Under the pieces are notes generated by a model. It had not been told where the DNA came from, did not search any database, and was given only the letters and a program-made list of their open reading frames with translations. The position numbers and the translations under genes were made by a program. A stretch of DNA of 20,000 bases. It comes from Chiloscyllium plagiosum (taxonomy: Eukaryota). The DNA lies in contig NC_057717.1 of assembly GCF_004010195.1 (NCBI RefSeq), positions 103,439,205-103,459,204 of the forward strand, given 5' to 3'. How positions within the stretch are numbered: the stretch's first letter is position 1; every line of letters starts with the position of its first letter. Positions 1 through 9,820 of the stretch are shown one piece after another.

Positions 1-1932
1 GTACCCTAGAACTCTGTAGGAAGCTAGGAAAGTGATTGCTGGGCCCCTTGCTGAGATATTTGTATCATTGATAGTCACAGGTGAGGTGCCGGAAGACTGG
101 ATGTTGGATATCGTGGTGCCACTGTTTAGGAAAGCTGGTAAGGAAAAGCCAAGGAGCTATAGACCGGTGAGCATGATATTAGTGGTGGATGGAATCATGA
201 AAGACAGGATTTACATATATTTGGAAAGGCAAAGATTGATTAGGGATAGTCGGCAAAGATTGGTTAGGGACATGGATAGGATAAACAGACAATGTCTTTT
301 CCCTGGGGTGGGGAGTCCAGAACTAGAGGGTATAGGTATAGAGTGAGAGGGGAAAGATATAAAAGGGACCAAAGGGGCATGGGAAATCATGTCTTACAAA
401 CTTGATTGAGTTTTTTGAAAAAGTAACAAAGAGGACAGATTAGGACATGATCCAAGTGTACTGCAGTAAGGCATTTGACCAGGTTCTTCATGAGAGATTG
501 GTTAGCAAGGTTAGATTCTGTGGAATACAGGGAAAATGAGTCATTTGGATACAGAACTGGCTCAAAGGTAGAAGACAAACGGCGGTAGTGGAGGGTTGCT
601 TTTCAAACTGGAGGATTGTAACCAGTGGAGTGCCACAAGGATCAATGCTGGGTCCACTGTTTTTCATCAGTTATGTAAATGATTTAGAACATAGAACATA
701 GAACAATACAGCGCAGTACAGGCCCTTTGGCCCCCAATGTTGCGCCAATCCAAGCCCACCTAACCTACACTAGCCCACTATACCCCTAAACCTTCTTTTC
801 TCCAATGAAAACAACCCCAAGTGCCTCAGCCTTTCCTCATACGATCTTTCAACCATACCAGGCAACATCCTGGTAAACCTCCTCTGCACCAGTTCCAGTG
901 CCTCCACATCCTTCCTATAGTATGGCGACCAAAACTGCACACAATACTCCAGATGTGGCCGCACCAGAGTCTTATACTTGGATGTGAACATAGGAGGTAT
1001 GGTTGGTAAGTTGGCAGATGACAACAAAATTGGAGGTGTCATGGACAGTGAAGAAGGTTACCGCAGGGTACAACAGGATCTTGATCAGATGGGCCAAATG
1101 GGCTGAGGAGTGCCAGATGGAGTTTAATTCAGATAAATGGAAGGTGATGCATTTTGGAAAAATAAATCAGAGCAGGACTTATACACTTAATGGTAAGGTC
1201 CTGGGGGCTGTTGCTGAACAAATAGACCTTGGAGTGCAAGTTCATAGTTCCTTGAAAGTGGAGTCGCACATAGATAGGATAGTGAAGAAGGAGTTTGGTA
1301 AACTTTCCTTTATTGGTCAGAGTATTGAGTATTCAAGCTGGGAGGTCATGTTGCAGCTGTACAGGACATTGGTTAGGCCACTTTTGAAATATTGCGTGCA
1401 ATTCTGGTCTCCTTCCTATTGGAAGGATGTTGTGAAACGTCAAAGTGTTCGGAAAAGATTTACAAAGATGTTGCCAGGGTTGGAGGATTTGAGCTATAGG
1501 GAAAGGCTGGACAGGCTGGGGCTGTTTTCCCTGGAGTGTCAGAGGCTGAGGGGTGACCTTATAAAGGTTTATAAAATTATGAGGGACATGGATAGGATAA
1601 ACAGACAATGTCTTTTCCCTGGGGTGGGGAGTCCAGAAGTAGACGGTATAGGTTTAGAGTGAGAGGGGAAAGATATAAAAGGGACCAAAGGGGCAACTTT
1701 TTCACACAGAAGGTGGCACATGTATGGAATGGGCTGCCAGAGGAAGTGGTGGAGGCTGGTACAATTACAACATTTAAAAAGCATCTGGATGGGTATATGA
1801 ATAGGAAGGGTTTGGAGGAATATGAGTTGGGTGCTGGCAGGTGGGACTAGATTAGTTTGGGATATCTGGTCGGCATGGACGGGTTGGACCAAAGGGTCTG
1901 TTTCCTGTGCTGTACATCCCTATGACTCTCTG
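1..1932 (+). mobile_element. Decayed CR1-clade LINE: ORF2 reverse-transcriptase region to 3' UTR (runs off the window start; frameshifted; interrupted at 252-379 and 686-977)
   Basis: Translation shows CR1 ORF2 motifs: VPEDW..VVPLF.K..KEKP.SYRPVS (32-180), GVPQGSMLGPL (627-659), K-L-A-D-D (1008-1022, degenerate FADD, followed by a frameshift), LYRTLVRPLLKYCVQFWSP, RLRGDLIKVYKIM and GNFFTQKVAHVWNGLPEEVV. A CR1-type 3' UTR ends in TATGACTCT at ~1921-1932. Confidence 0.95.
686..977 (-). mobile_element. 5'-truncated, internally deleted CR1 fragment of a different subfamily nested in the CR1 RT region
   Basis: The minus strand encodes YKTLVRPHLEYCVQFWSPYYRKDVEALELVQRRFTRMLPGM...LGLFSLEKRRFRG, jumps straight into a 3' UTR and ends in a (TTCTATG)n-type tail (AGAACATAGAACATAGAAC on +). 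The host reads ...AATGATTT|GGATGTGAAC (NDLDVN) across the insertion. Confidence 0.9.
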
Positions 1933-1933
1933 A

Positions 1934-2178
1934 CCATCACCTGCAAGTCCCCCTCAGAGCCACTCACTATCCTGACTTGGAAATATGTCACCGTTCCTTT
2001 ACTGTCACTGGGTCAAAGTCCTGGAATTCCCTCCCTAAGGGCACTGTGGGTCAACCCACAGCAGATGGACTGCATTGGTTCAAGAAGGCAGCTCACCCCC
2101 ACCTCCTCAAGGGGGAATTAGAGACGGGCAATAAATGCTGGCCCCAGCCAACGATGCCCACTTCCCAAAACGCATTTG
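1934..2178 (+). mobile_element. 3' end of a second LINE family (CR1/L2 group)
   Basis: Encodes SFTVTGSKSWNSLPKG...FKKAAHPHLLKG, a LINE ORF2 C-terminus with WNSLP, then GGGCAATAAATGCTGG. Clearly homologous to 4245-4490. Confidence 0.8.
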
Positions 2179-2194
2179 ATCTTTGATGCCAACC

Positions 2195-2358
2195 AGAGGG
2201 GCAGTTGAGGCTCCCACATCGCCTGAAGACAGTGCAGCACTCCCTCAGCGGTGCACAGTGAGTGCCGGTTTGGATATTTCTTTGTGCTCCAATTTCCTGT
2301 AAGGAATGGGAATCCACAATCTGTGACCTTCGAGGTGAGTGTCTCATCCCCTGAGCCA
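2195..2358 (-). mobile_element. Old tRNA-derived SINE 5' part (Deu-domain / SacSINE1-like)
   Basis: The minus strand starts TGGCTCAG (A-box-like), has a degenerate B box, then CTGAGGGAGTGCTGCACTGTC, which I recall from the DeuSINE body. Confidence 0.55.
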
Positions 2359-3069
2359 GTTCAAAACTAACACAAGGGTAAGCTGATGGGGCTGTGCACA
2401 GAGGACAGCGCACGTTCATGTAATTTATGGTGAATATGTAATAAACAGAAAAAGATCTTTCTTTAATGAAAATTAAATAGTAATGCGAGTGTACAGTCGA
2501 AAGAGAATCTAGCTTGATACTTGAAAGGAACATTCAATTATAGAGCTGAACGTTAATGGCAGAGCAGGAAGACATAGGTTTATATGATGACTAACCATTA
2601 GGAAAAGAAACCGAATTTCATTTCTCACAATGAATGATTTTTAATCTAAAAACGCTCCCTGCTCTCAGTGAGTTATTAGGAATAGATAAAAGCAGCTATT
2701 TAATCAACAATATTCGATGGTGGTGCGAGATGCCAATTTAATACAGTCACCCATTTCTTGTCATTACACACTCAATTCATTCATATCCTGTTTATAATAT
2801 TTCACAGTAACCATCTTCTGTTTGCAAACGGGATGAAGAGAACCTGTTTGGCATTCACTATGATTTTCCAATGGCACGCAGTCGGTTCAAATGAACCTCA
2901 CGAAGGGTGACTGGGGCAAGAAAGTTTGTACTGAATGGGATCTGATTTTCCATTGAGAGGCTGGTTGGGCTCCCCCAGTGAGGCAACCTGTGTCAGGAAG
3001 TGGGGGCCGGGAAATTCATTTAGAGATGGACTTAGGAAGAGGGAGGAGATCTTCCACTTATGCAGGAGT

Positions 3070-3310
3070 AGGACCTAATGGGTAACTTTTACACACAGAG
3101 GGTGGTGCGTGTATGGAATGAGCTGCCAGAGGAAGCAGTGGATGCTGGTACAGTTACAGTATTTAAAAGGCATCTGGATGGGAACATGAATAGGAAGGGT
3201 TTAGAGGGATATGGGCCACATGCTGGCAAATGGCACTGGATTAATTGGTCGACATGGACGATTTGGACCGAAGGGTTTGTTTTCACGCTGTACAGCACTA
3301 TGACTCGATG
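3070..3310 (+). mobile_element. CR1 3'-end fragment
   Basis: GNFYTQRVVRVWNELPEEAVDAGTVTVFKRHLDGNMNRKGLEGYGP plus a 3' UTR ending CTATGACTC. Same family as 1690-1932. Confidence 0.9.
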
Positions 3311-3364
3311 ACTGAAGAGAAAGACAAAAATTAATGACTTACAAATCGTCAGTAACAAATCCAA

Positions 3365-3600
3365 TCAGAAATTCCCAAGAAACATCTTCACACAGAAAGT
3401 GGGAGAGAATGTGGGAGTTGCTACCCCAGGGATTTGTCAATGTTAATAGTGTAAAGGAAAGCAAGATAAGGACATGAGAGAGAAAGAGTTAGAAGGATGT
3501 GGTGACTGAGTGAGATAACGAAGAGTGGGAGGAAGCTGGATGAAGAATATATATTAGAATGGAGCAAAGGGACTGAATAGTCTTTTACCCATGCTATCTA
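3365..3600 (+). mobile_element. Highly diverged CR1-like 3' fragment
   Basis: AAACATCTTCACACAGAAAGTG..GAGAATGTGG resembles the NFFTQRVVR.WN block, and GGGACTGAATAGTCT resembles the CR1 tail. Confidence 0.5.
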
Positions 3601-3887
3601 AGTCTATATACTCTCACCGTAGAAAGTACAGTGTCTCAAATCTGAAAAGTGGAGATGTCTGAAAACTGGGCATATTTGTTATTGGCCAGGCACAAGTTTT
3701 AATGTATCTTAAAAACCTCAATAATGTATGGACTTGTTTGGGCCAGTTCTGCAGTGGGGTGGAATAGCTATTGTTTTTGCACACCAGTCTTTTATTCCAA
3801 ATGGTGTGGCTGAATCTGAACCAACTTGGCTCAGCCTCCTTCACCACCCTCTCACCCCCTCCACACTCCCCACCCACCAACTCCCCA

Positions 3888-4495
3888 CTTGCCCTGGATG
3901 AGTGCAGCTCCAACAACACTCAAGAAGCTTGATACCATCCAGGACAAAGCAGTCCATTTGACTGGTACTATAACCCTCCAGGAGAAAGTGAGGACTGCAG
4001 ATGCTGGAGATCAGAGCTGAAAATGTGTTGCTGGAAAAGCGCAGCAGGTCAGGCAGCATCCAGGGAACAGGAGAATCGACGTTTCGGGCATAAGCCCGAA
4101 GAAGAAGAAGAAATGTCGACTCAGTAGCAGCAGTGTGTACCATCTACAAGATGCACTGCAGGAATTTACCAAAGATCTTTAGACAGCACCTTCCAAACCC
4201 ACATCCACTGCCATCTCGAGGAAAGAGCAGCAGATGCATGGGAACATCACCCTCTGCAAGTTCCCCTCCAAGCCACTCACTATCCTGACTTGGAACGACA
4301 TCATCGTTCCTTCACTGTCTTTGGGTCAAAATCCTGGTACTCCCTCCCTAAGGGCATTGTGGGTCAACCCACAGCAAGTGGACTGCAGCGATTCAAGAAG
4401 GCAGCTCACCCCCACCTTCTCAAGGGGCAACTAGGGACAGGCAATAAATGCTGGGCCCAGCCAACACTCCCCACGTCCCATGAATTAATTTTTAA
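3888..4495 (+). mobile_element. LINE 3' region (same family as 1934-2178), interrupted by a short repeat at 3980-4120
   Basis: WMSAAPTTLKKLDTIQDKAVHL before the insertion. After it: AAVCTIYKMHC and SFTVFGSKSWYSLPKG...FKKAAHPHLLKG, then GGGCAATAAATGCTGG. Confidence 0.85.
3980..4120. mobile_element. Short non-coding repeat, family H1 (GGAGAAAGTGAGGACTGCAGATGCTGG...), with a fold-back end and (GAA)n
   Basis: Near-identical to 6785-6902 and similar to 19877-19993, 16083-16290 and 10638-10730. Confidence 0.85.
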
Positions 4496-5107
4496 AAACA
4501 CACTCTCCATGAGCCAAAATCCAGCAAAATCTCAAATCTAACACGGATTCAGTCCTGACTTTCCTGTTTCAAGACACTACCACCACCATTTACAAATTAA
4601 AATAGTGCCTTTGTTATTGCACAACGCACCAGAGCAGGTTCAGACAAAACAAAACCTGGCATTGAGCCGGAGGAGGAAGATCTGGGCATGGGTGATCAAA
4701 AGCTTGGCTGGTTTTGGTGTTCCTAGACCTGGACCGACAGACCCAGGTTCAAATCCCACCTGCTCCCAAGATGCGTAATAATATCTCTGAGCAGGTTGAT
4801 GAGAAAATATATATTAAGGAGGGTCTTTCAGCAAGAGATAATTATTGAGGAAATTTAAGAGTTTAGGACCCAGGCAGCAAGCTCACAGTCATTGATGGTG
4901 GGGGAAGAGATACTGACAGGAGATCAGGGAATTGCAGAGATGGGAGAAACCAGAGAATGATTGGATACTCACTAAACTCTGCAGTGAGATTTCCAAATGC
5001 ATTCAAACTTGTGTGGATTACAACCATCCAAAATAGGAGCAGCAGTAGACCATTCAGCCCCTTGAGCTTACGTTGAACAGTCTGCTTCTGTTCCTGCTTT
5101 GTCAGCT

Positions 5108-5326
5108 TGCGTCACTCCACAGAGGCCAGTATCCTTTAGCTAAACGCGGAGAGTCCTTGACACTGATTCAGCTCCCTCAGAGCCAGCTCTCAGAGTGAGG
5201 AGAACCCCTGACACTCCTGGTGATACCTGTCAGACAGGGCTCCCGGACTGGACCAGAGCAACAGCCTTAATCAGGGAACTCAGATTCTATGAAGTCCCTC
5301 TAGCTGACCTCGTTACAATCACTGCA
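5108..5326 (-). mobile_element. Probable solo LTR (Gypsy-like), diverged
   Basis: The minus strand begins TGCAGTGATTGTAACGAGGTCAG and resembles a short shark LTR as I recall it. The other terminus is degraded and I found no TSD. Confidence 0.5.
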
Positions 5327-6105
5327 TATGGAACCCCAGGAAATTTCTGCAATAATCTTTAGCTGGATGGCTGGGGAATAATTCAGAAACATTTAAGCAG
5401 CAGGCTTTAGGAGAGTTTTTTATCTTCCATATCTAATGTCTCACACAGAACAGCTGAATATTTACACCCCCTCCTGCAGGGGATTTGGATCCAGATCTTC
5501 TGATTGCAAGGAAGTTAAATATCTCGCTTTCCCTCCCAAGGGCATCATGTAGCACTCCCCCTCTGCTCTGCTGTTAAATTTATGAGGGCGAGAGAAAAGA
5601 GATTTAAATGTAAAGCAGTAACATTTGTCATCACCTCCAGCCAACTGAGAACACTGGGAGCTCATGATTCTCTATCACGGCAGCATCAATTCGTCAGCTC
5701 CAACTCTGAAACATAACTGCAAGGGACACTTGCAGGAAATGCACATTGCCAGACTCTCACCCTCTCCAACTTCACCCACCACCACCACCACCCTCACCCC
5801 AGGCAAGCTGTCACCCAGGGGCAAGCTGCAGGAAGTTGACAAGAACAGTGGTAATCGAGCCTTTGTCCCCTGGTTAACCTGCATCTAATCAGTGACTGAG
5901 AACTAGAGAGAATGGAGTGGGGAGTGGGCCAGGAGGGTTATTTCACAACATTGTCTCCCTCCGGCGAGGCCAAATTTTCAACAGTGCTTTTCATGATGAC
6001 CACCTGTGATTTTGACATGCAGTCACCGCTGGGACGTAGGAAGCACAGCACATTTGCGAGCAGCACTGTGAGAATGATCAAATAATTGTGTTCCAGTGAC
6101 TAACA

Positions 6106-6297
6106 TAAAGACAAAGTCACTGTAATCGCACTCTCTGATTAGAAAGGGATACCTGGTGATGAGTTGCATCACATGCCGCATGTGAGGCCTGAGGTTGAGA
6201 AGGTATGGTTACCCCGATTGGTGCAGGAATTGAATCCATTGCTGTTGGTGTCACCTCTGCATCACAAATGAGCCATCCGATGAACTGAGCAAACCAA
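6106..6297 (-). mobile_element. tRNA-derived SINE, family S2
   Basis: Minus-strand head GGTTTGCTCAGTT...GGATTCAATTCCTGCACC. Homologous to 10012-10175, 12683-12845 and 14889-14946. Confidence 0.6.
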
Positions 6298-6329
6298 CCC
6301 TATAGCGGCGCGGACCACTGGGAAGAACG

Positions 6330-6735
6330 TAGAGTCATATAGCACGGAAACAGACCCTTCGGTCCAACCAGTCCGTGCCAAACATAATCCCAAACTAAAC
6401 TAGTCCCACCTGCCTGCTCCTGGCTCCAAACCCTTCCTATTTATGTACATATCCAAATGTCTTTTAAATGTTGTAACTAGATGCACATCCTCCACTTCCT
6501 CAGGAAGTTCATTCCACACACGAACCGCTCTCCATGTAAAACATTTGCCCCTTGTGTCTTTTTTAAATCTCTCTGCTCTCACCTTAAAATATGCCCCGCA
6601 GCCTTGAAACCCCCTACCCTGGGGGAAAGACACCTACCATTAAGCCTATCCACACTTCTCATGCTTTTATAAACCTCGATAAGGTCACCTCTCAACTTCC
6701 TACCCTCCAGTGAAAAATGTCCCAGCCTCTCTTTG
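6330..6735 (-). mobile_element. CR1 3'-end fragment
   Basis: Minus strand: FSLEGRKLRGDLIEVYK...VRVWNELPEEV..TTFKRHLDMYINRKGL..AGRWD*, with a 3' UTR ending ATGACTCT. Confidence 0.9.
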
Positions 6736-6780
6736 TAGCTCAGATCCTCTGCTCTGCTTCCCAGGCTTGGCTATGTGATC

Positions 6781-6912
6781 GTTGAGGAGAAAGTGAGGTC
6801 TGCAGATGCTGGAGATCAAAGCTGAAAATGTGTTGCTGGAAAAGCGCAGCAGGCCAGGCAGCATCCAGGGAACAGGAGAATCGACGTTTCGGGCATAAGC
6901 CCTTCTTCAGGA
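6781..6912. mobile_element. Short repeat family H1 insertion with an 8-bp TSD
   Basis: ATGTGATC occurs at 6773-6780 and 6913-6920. The body is near-identical to 3980-4097. Confidence 0.85.
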
Positions 6913-6914
6913 AT
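6878..6914 (-). ncRNA. Candidate minimal type I hammerhead ribozyme (family H1)
   Basis: The minus strand reads AUUC-CUGAAGA-A-GGGC-UUAU-GCCC-GAAA-CGUC-GAUU: intact core boxes, a 4-bp stem II, palindromic ACGU stem III and a GUC cleavage triplet. Stem I is weak. Confidence 0.65.
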
Positions 6915-7174
6915 GTGATCTTCTACGCCCACTGGACAGGGCAGAAGGTCCTCAGTTCGGGATCCCAGAATACCGCAGTGCTCTCTCAGTGACAGGTAGG
7001 CCAGAGTCTGCAGCCACATCTCAGGGATGGGAATCGGGCTTGAGAACAGAACGCTGTGGAAAAGAAATATCCACGATGACACTTAACAAACGGAAACATG
7101 GCCTCACATTCATGGAACTTCAACTAGCCTGCCACTTAACCTAACAAAAGTAGGAAATGCATTCAAGCAAACCC

Positions 7175-7263
7175 AGACACCGTTGGAGAAACTCAGTGTG
7201 TCTGGCAGCATCTGTGGAAAGAGAAACAGTTAATATTTCAAGCTCAGTGACCCTTCTTCTGAA
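7175..7263. mobile_element. Short repeat family H2 (GGAGAAACTCAGC..GTCTGGCAGCATCTGTGGAGAG..AAACAG..TTAA..TTTC)
   Basis: Homologous to 8645-8737 (inverted), 8892-9012, 9015-9145 and 11296-11520. Confidence 0.75.
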
Positions 7264-7894
7264 CTGTATGAATTTTTCATTACAGCGCTTTAACAAATCA
7301 ACACATTCCTGATCTAACTTGTCTTGTACATCTCAAAACGGAGCACCGGAACATTCAATCCCAAGCATGACTGGATTATTTAAGTGTGTTTTTCTCTCTG
7401 GGGGAGTCTGTGGGGGCTGGGAAGGTGGGAGGATGTAAAAAAGGCTTTTTAAACTGGTCCCTTAGTGTACTCCCATTCCATATTAGGGATGGCATAGCAG
7501 TCTGCCTGAATGATGAGTGGGTGAGAGATTATGAGCATCCTGGAATTCTGCAACATCCAGTCTGTTATTGTTCCCAGTGGACATCAGCTTATCTCGAGAT
7601 AGATCTCAGATGAGCCAATTTGTCAAAAAATGAAATCTTTCTCATCTTATCTGGAGAGATTCATCCCTCACGGAGGTTAAAAAAACAAAACACTCTTCAG
7701 TTTCACCGTTAATATCAGACAAGGCAGTGTGAAACTCTGAGGGAGACAGTTAATAAGCTTATCAGAAGTCTGTGCTTTGTGGCCTGTTATCACTCAAGTT
7801 GCCACAGTCACCCTCTCACTCTATCCTATCTCCTCCATAGCCTACACTCTAAACACACTGACCTTACCCAGAGCTCTAATTGGCACCACCTAAT

Positions 7895-7998
7895 GGGGTG
7901 AGGGAGCTGGGGGGAGTGAGGGTGCTGTGGGGGACGGTGAGGGATTTGGGGGGAGGTGGTGAGGGGCTGGGCAGTGAGGAGGTTGGAGGATGGAGGTG
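7895..7998 (+). repeat. G-rich low-complexity tract (degenerate GTGAGGG repeats; G-quadruplex-prone)
   Basis: Many runs of three or more G and four recurrences of GTGAGGG within ~100 bp. Confidence 0.7.
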
Positions 7999-8605
7999 TG
8001 TGACAATGCTGCTCCCTTAACATGATTATGTTGTCCTTGGTTTTTGTTTCAGAGGGATCATAAAGTCATGGGTTCCGAGATGTCTGGGTTGAACTACTTG
8101 AAGAAACTTTTAAGTTTAAAAAAAAAGGCGCTGATACAATGAAAGGGGGGTCAATTCTCCAGAGCACAGCTTTTCGCTGGTTTGGTTTAGCTTTAGCAGT
8201 CTGGCTGTTCTGGGCTGCTGGTCAGTTGTTATCTGAGAATCCATGGCTCCATGGAAGGTATTCCATGCTGCATCTCTCTCTCTCCCCTGTAACACTCTGT
8301 GTTTGATTTTTATATTGCTTGCCAAGGGGTGTTGGTGGGGATCATTGTAGGTATTTGGAACAGCTTCATTAAATTGGGATTTTTGGATTGGTTAAGTTAT
8401 TCTATATTCTATTCTCTTTTGTGTTTCATTTGGCAATCTTGCAAATAAATTCTGTTTTTGTTTAAAACTGAGTGGTTTGACCAGCTGCATCCCTCCTGGA
8501 ATATCCACTATATACCTGCTTAACACAACTAGAAAAGTTTGGGTCCAGGCTACCTTTTGAAATGTTTTTGATGAGGGGGGGCGGAATCTGGCCTGGTCCA
8601 TAACA
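7999..8605 (+). mobile_element. Solo LTR (607 bp) with a 4-bp TSD
   Basis: Begins TGTGAC and ends ATAACA (TG...CA). GGTG flanks it at 7995-7998 and 8606-8609. AATAAA lies at 8444-8449. No internal coding sequence. Confidence 0.8.
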
Positions 8606-8644
8606 GGTGTCAATGAATTTCAAGTGCATTAACAATCCCAGCTG

Positions 8645-8737
8645 CTCAGGGAAAGAGTCATACCAAACTTGAAACATTAACTCTGTTTCTCTCTTTCTCT
8701 CCACATTTGCTGCCAGAGTTTGTCCAGCACTCTGTCT
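8645..8737. mobile_element. Short repeat family H2, inverted orientation
   Basis: GAAACATTAACTCTGTTTCTCTC...CCACATTTGCTGCCAGA is the reverse complement of the H2 body. Confidence 0.7.
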
Positions 8738-8891
8738 CCGTGAGGAGAGGGTCAGCTGACACTGGCAGTGCCCACTCGCACGTTTCATCACAGGATGTGG
8801 GCAAGGCTTCCAGCTGTTGCTGTCCCCAGCTGCCCCTGAACCAACAGGATTATCCCGGGGGCACTTGGGTCAGTCGAACAACAGCCAAATA

Positions 8892-9145
8892 AAGGCAAGA
8901 TCCTGCGAATGCTGGAAATCTGAAATATACTCAGGGAAACTCAACAGGTCTGGCAGCTTCCGTGGAGAGAGAAACAGAGGTAACATCTCGCGGTCAGTGA
9001 ACCTTCTTCTGATACATAAAACAAAGATGCCGAAAGTCTGAAACAAAAAGAGAAATTGCTGGAGAAACTCAGCAAGTCTGGCAGCATCTGTGGAGAGAGA
9101 GAGAAACAGAAGGAACACTTTGAATCCAGTATAACTTTTCTTCAT
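8892..9145. mobile_element. Two head-to-tail copies of short repeat family H2 (8892-9012, 9015-9145)
   Basis: Both carry GAAACTCA.CA.GTCTGGCAGC.TC.GTGGAGAGAG..AAACAGA and end near CTTCTTC / TTTCTTCA. Confidence 0.75.
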
Positions 9146-9240
9146 TGCAAGCTTGGGGGATACCTAGCCCTGCTAGTTTCTTTTTATTTCAAATATATAC
9201 TTTACTCATAAAAATATCTTTCTATATCTCCGTAGTCACT

Positions 9241-9448
9241 AAGTTAAAAATCACACAACACCAAGTTAGAGTCCAACAGGTTTATTGGGAAGCACTAGCT
9301 TTTGGAGCGCTGCTCCTTCGTCAGGTGGTTGTCAGGAGCAAGCGTTCTAAAAGCTAGCGCTTCCAAATAAACTTGTTGGACTGTAACATGGTGCTGTTGA
9401 TTTTTAACTTTGTACACCCCAGTCCAATACCGACACCTCCAAATCATA
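9241..9448. mobile_element. Short repeat family H3, fold-back (inverted) pair with a probable TSD
   Basis: 9241-9327 pairs imperfectly with the reverse complement of 9335-9410. Flanks CGTAGTCACTA (9231-9241) and CATGGTCACTA (9449-9459) look like a TSD. Homologous to 15257-15384. Confidence 0.8.
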
Positions 9449-9471
9449 CATGGTCACTAGCGCAGTTCTGC

Positions 9472-9820
9472 TCTGGATGTAGGTTTGCTCGCTGAGCTGG
9501 AAGGTTCTGAGCTGAGCTGAGGGTCTAGAAGCATGGCACTCCAACCAGAACTCTATCAACAAACACATTGGCTTGGATCCCATTTATCACCCCCGAGAAA
9601 AAGAACAGGAAATGACATCACCATACGAAATGGCATCACCAACCCAAGGAAACCCAAACGTATAAATAGAAAGCGGGCTACACCCACCAGTGCTTCATCC
9701 AGAGGCTCACTGAAGATGTTACCCAGTATGGTGACAAAACATCTGGAAACAAACCTTCCAGCTCAGCGAGCAAACCTACAACCAGAACTTCAACCTGAGC
9801 TACAAATCTCAAAACTCACT
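9472..9820 (+). mobile_element. Penelope-like element 3' end: GIY-YIG C-terminal remnant, pseudo-LTR and an inverted partial pseudo-LTR at the 5' side
   Basis: 9525-9590 translates as LEAWHSNQNSINKHIGLDPIY (Penelope-type endonuclease terminus). TATAAATA lies at 9661. 9472-9506 is the reverse complement of 9752-9786 with one mismatch. A hammerhead-like motif sits at 9708-9745. Confidence 0.8.
9708..9745 (+). ncRNA. Degenerate hammerhead ribozyme motif in the Penelope-like pseudo-LTR
   Basis: CA-CUGAAGA-U-GUUACC-CAGUAU-GGUGAC-AAAA-CAUC-UG. It has a 6-bp stem II, but G12 appears mutated to A, so it is probably inactive. Confidence 0.6.

Larger units (their letters stand above)
6740..7060 (-). 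mobile_element. Diverged Deu-domain-like SINE interrupted by an H1 repeat
   Basis: With the insertion removed the sequence reads GGCTATGTGATCTTCTACGCCCACTGGACAGGGCAG...CAGTGCTCTCTCAGTG, resembling the reverse complement of the DeuSINE body. Confidence 0.45.

Noticed and set aside
1003..1662. 219-aa ORF as a functional gene
   Set aside because: It is a frameshift-bounded piece of CR1 ORF2. The catalytic motif lies in another frame and the element has several disruptions.
3835..3890. C-rich tract (also 5755-5800) as Pro/Thr-rich coding sequence
   Set aside because: Simple low-complexity sequence with no splice or domain support.
4630..4960. Possible old L2-like and SINE fragments
   Set aside because: Too diverged to assign family or boundaries by eye.
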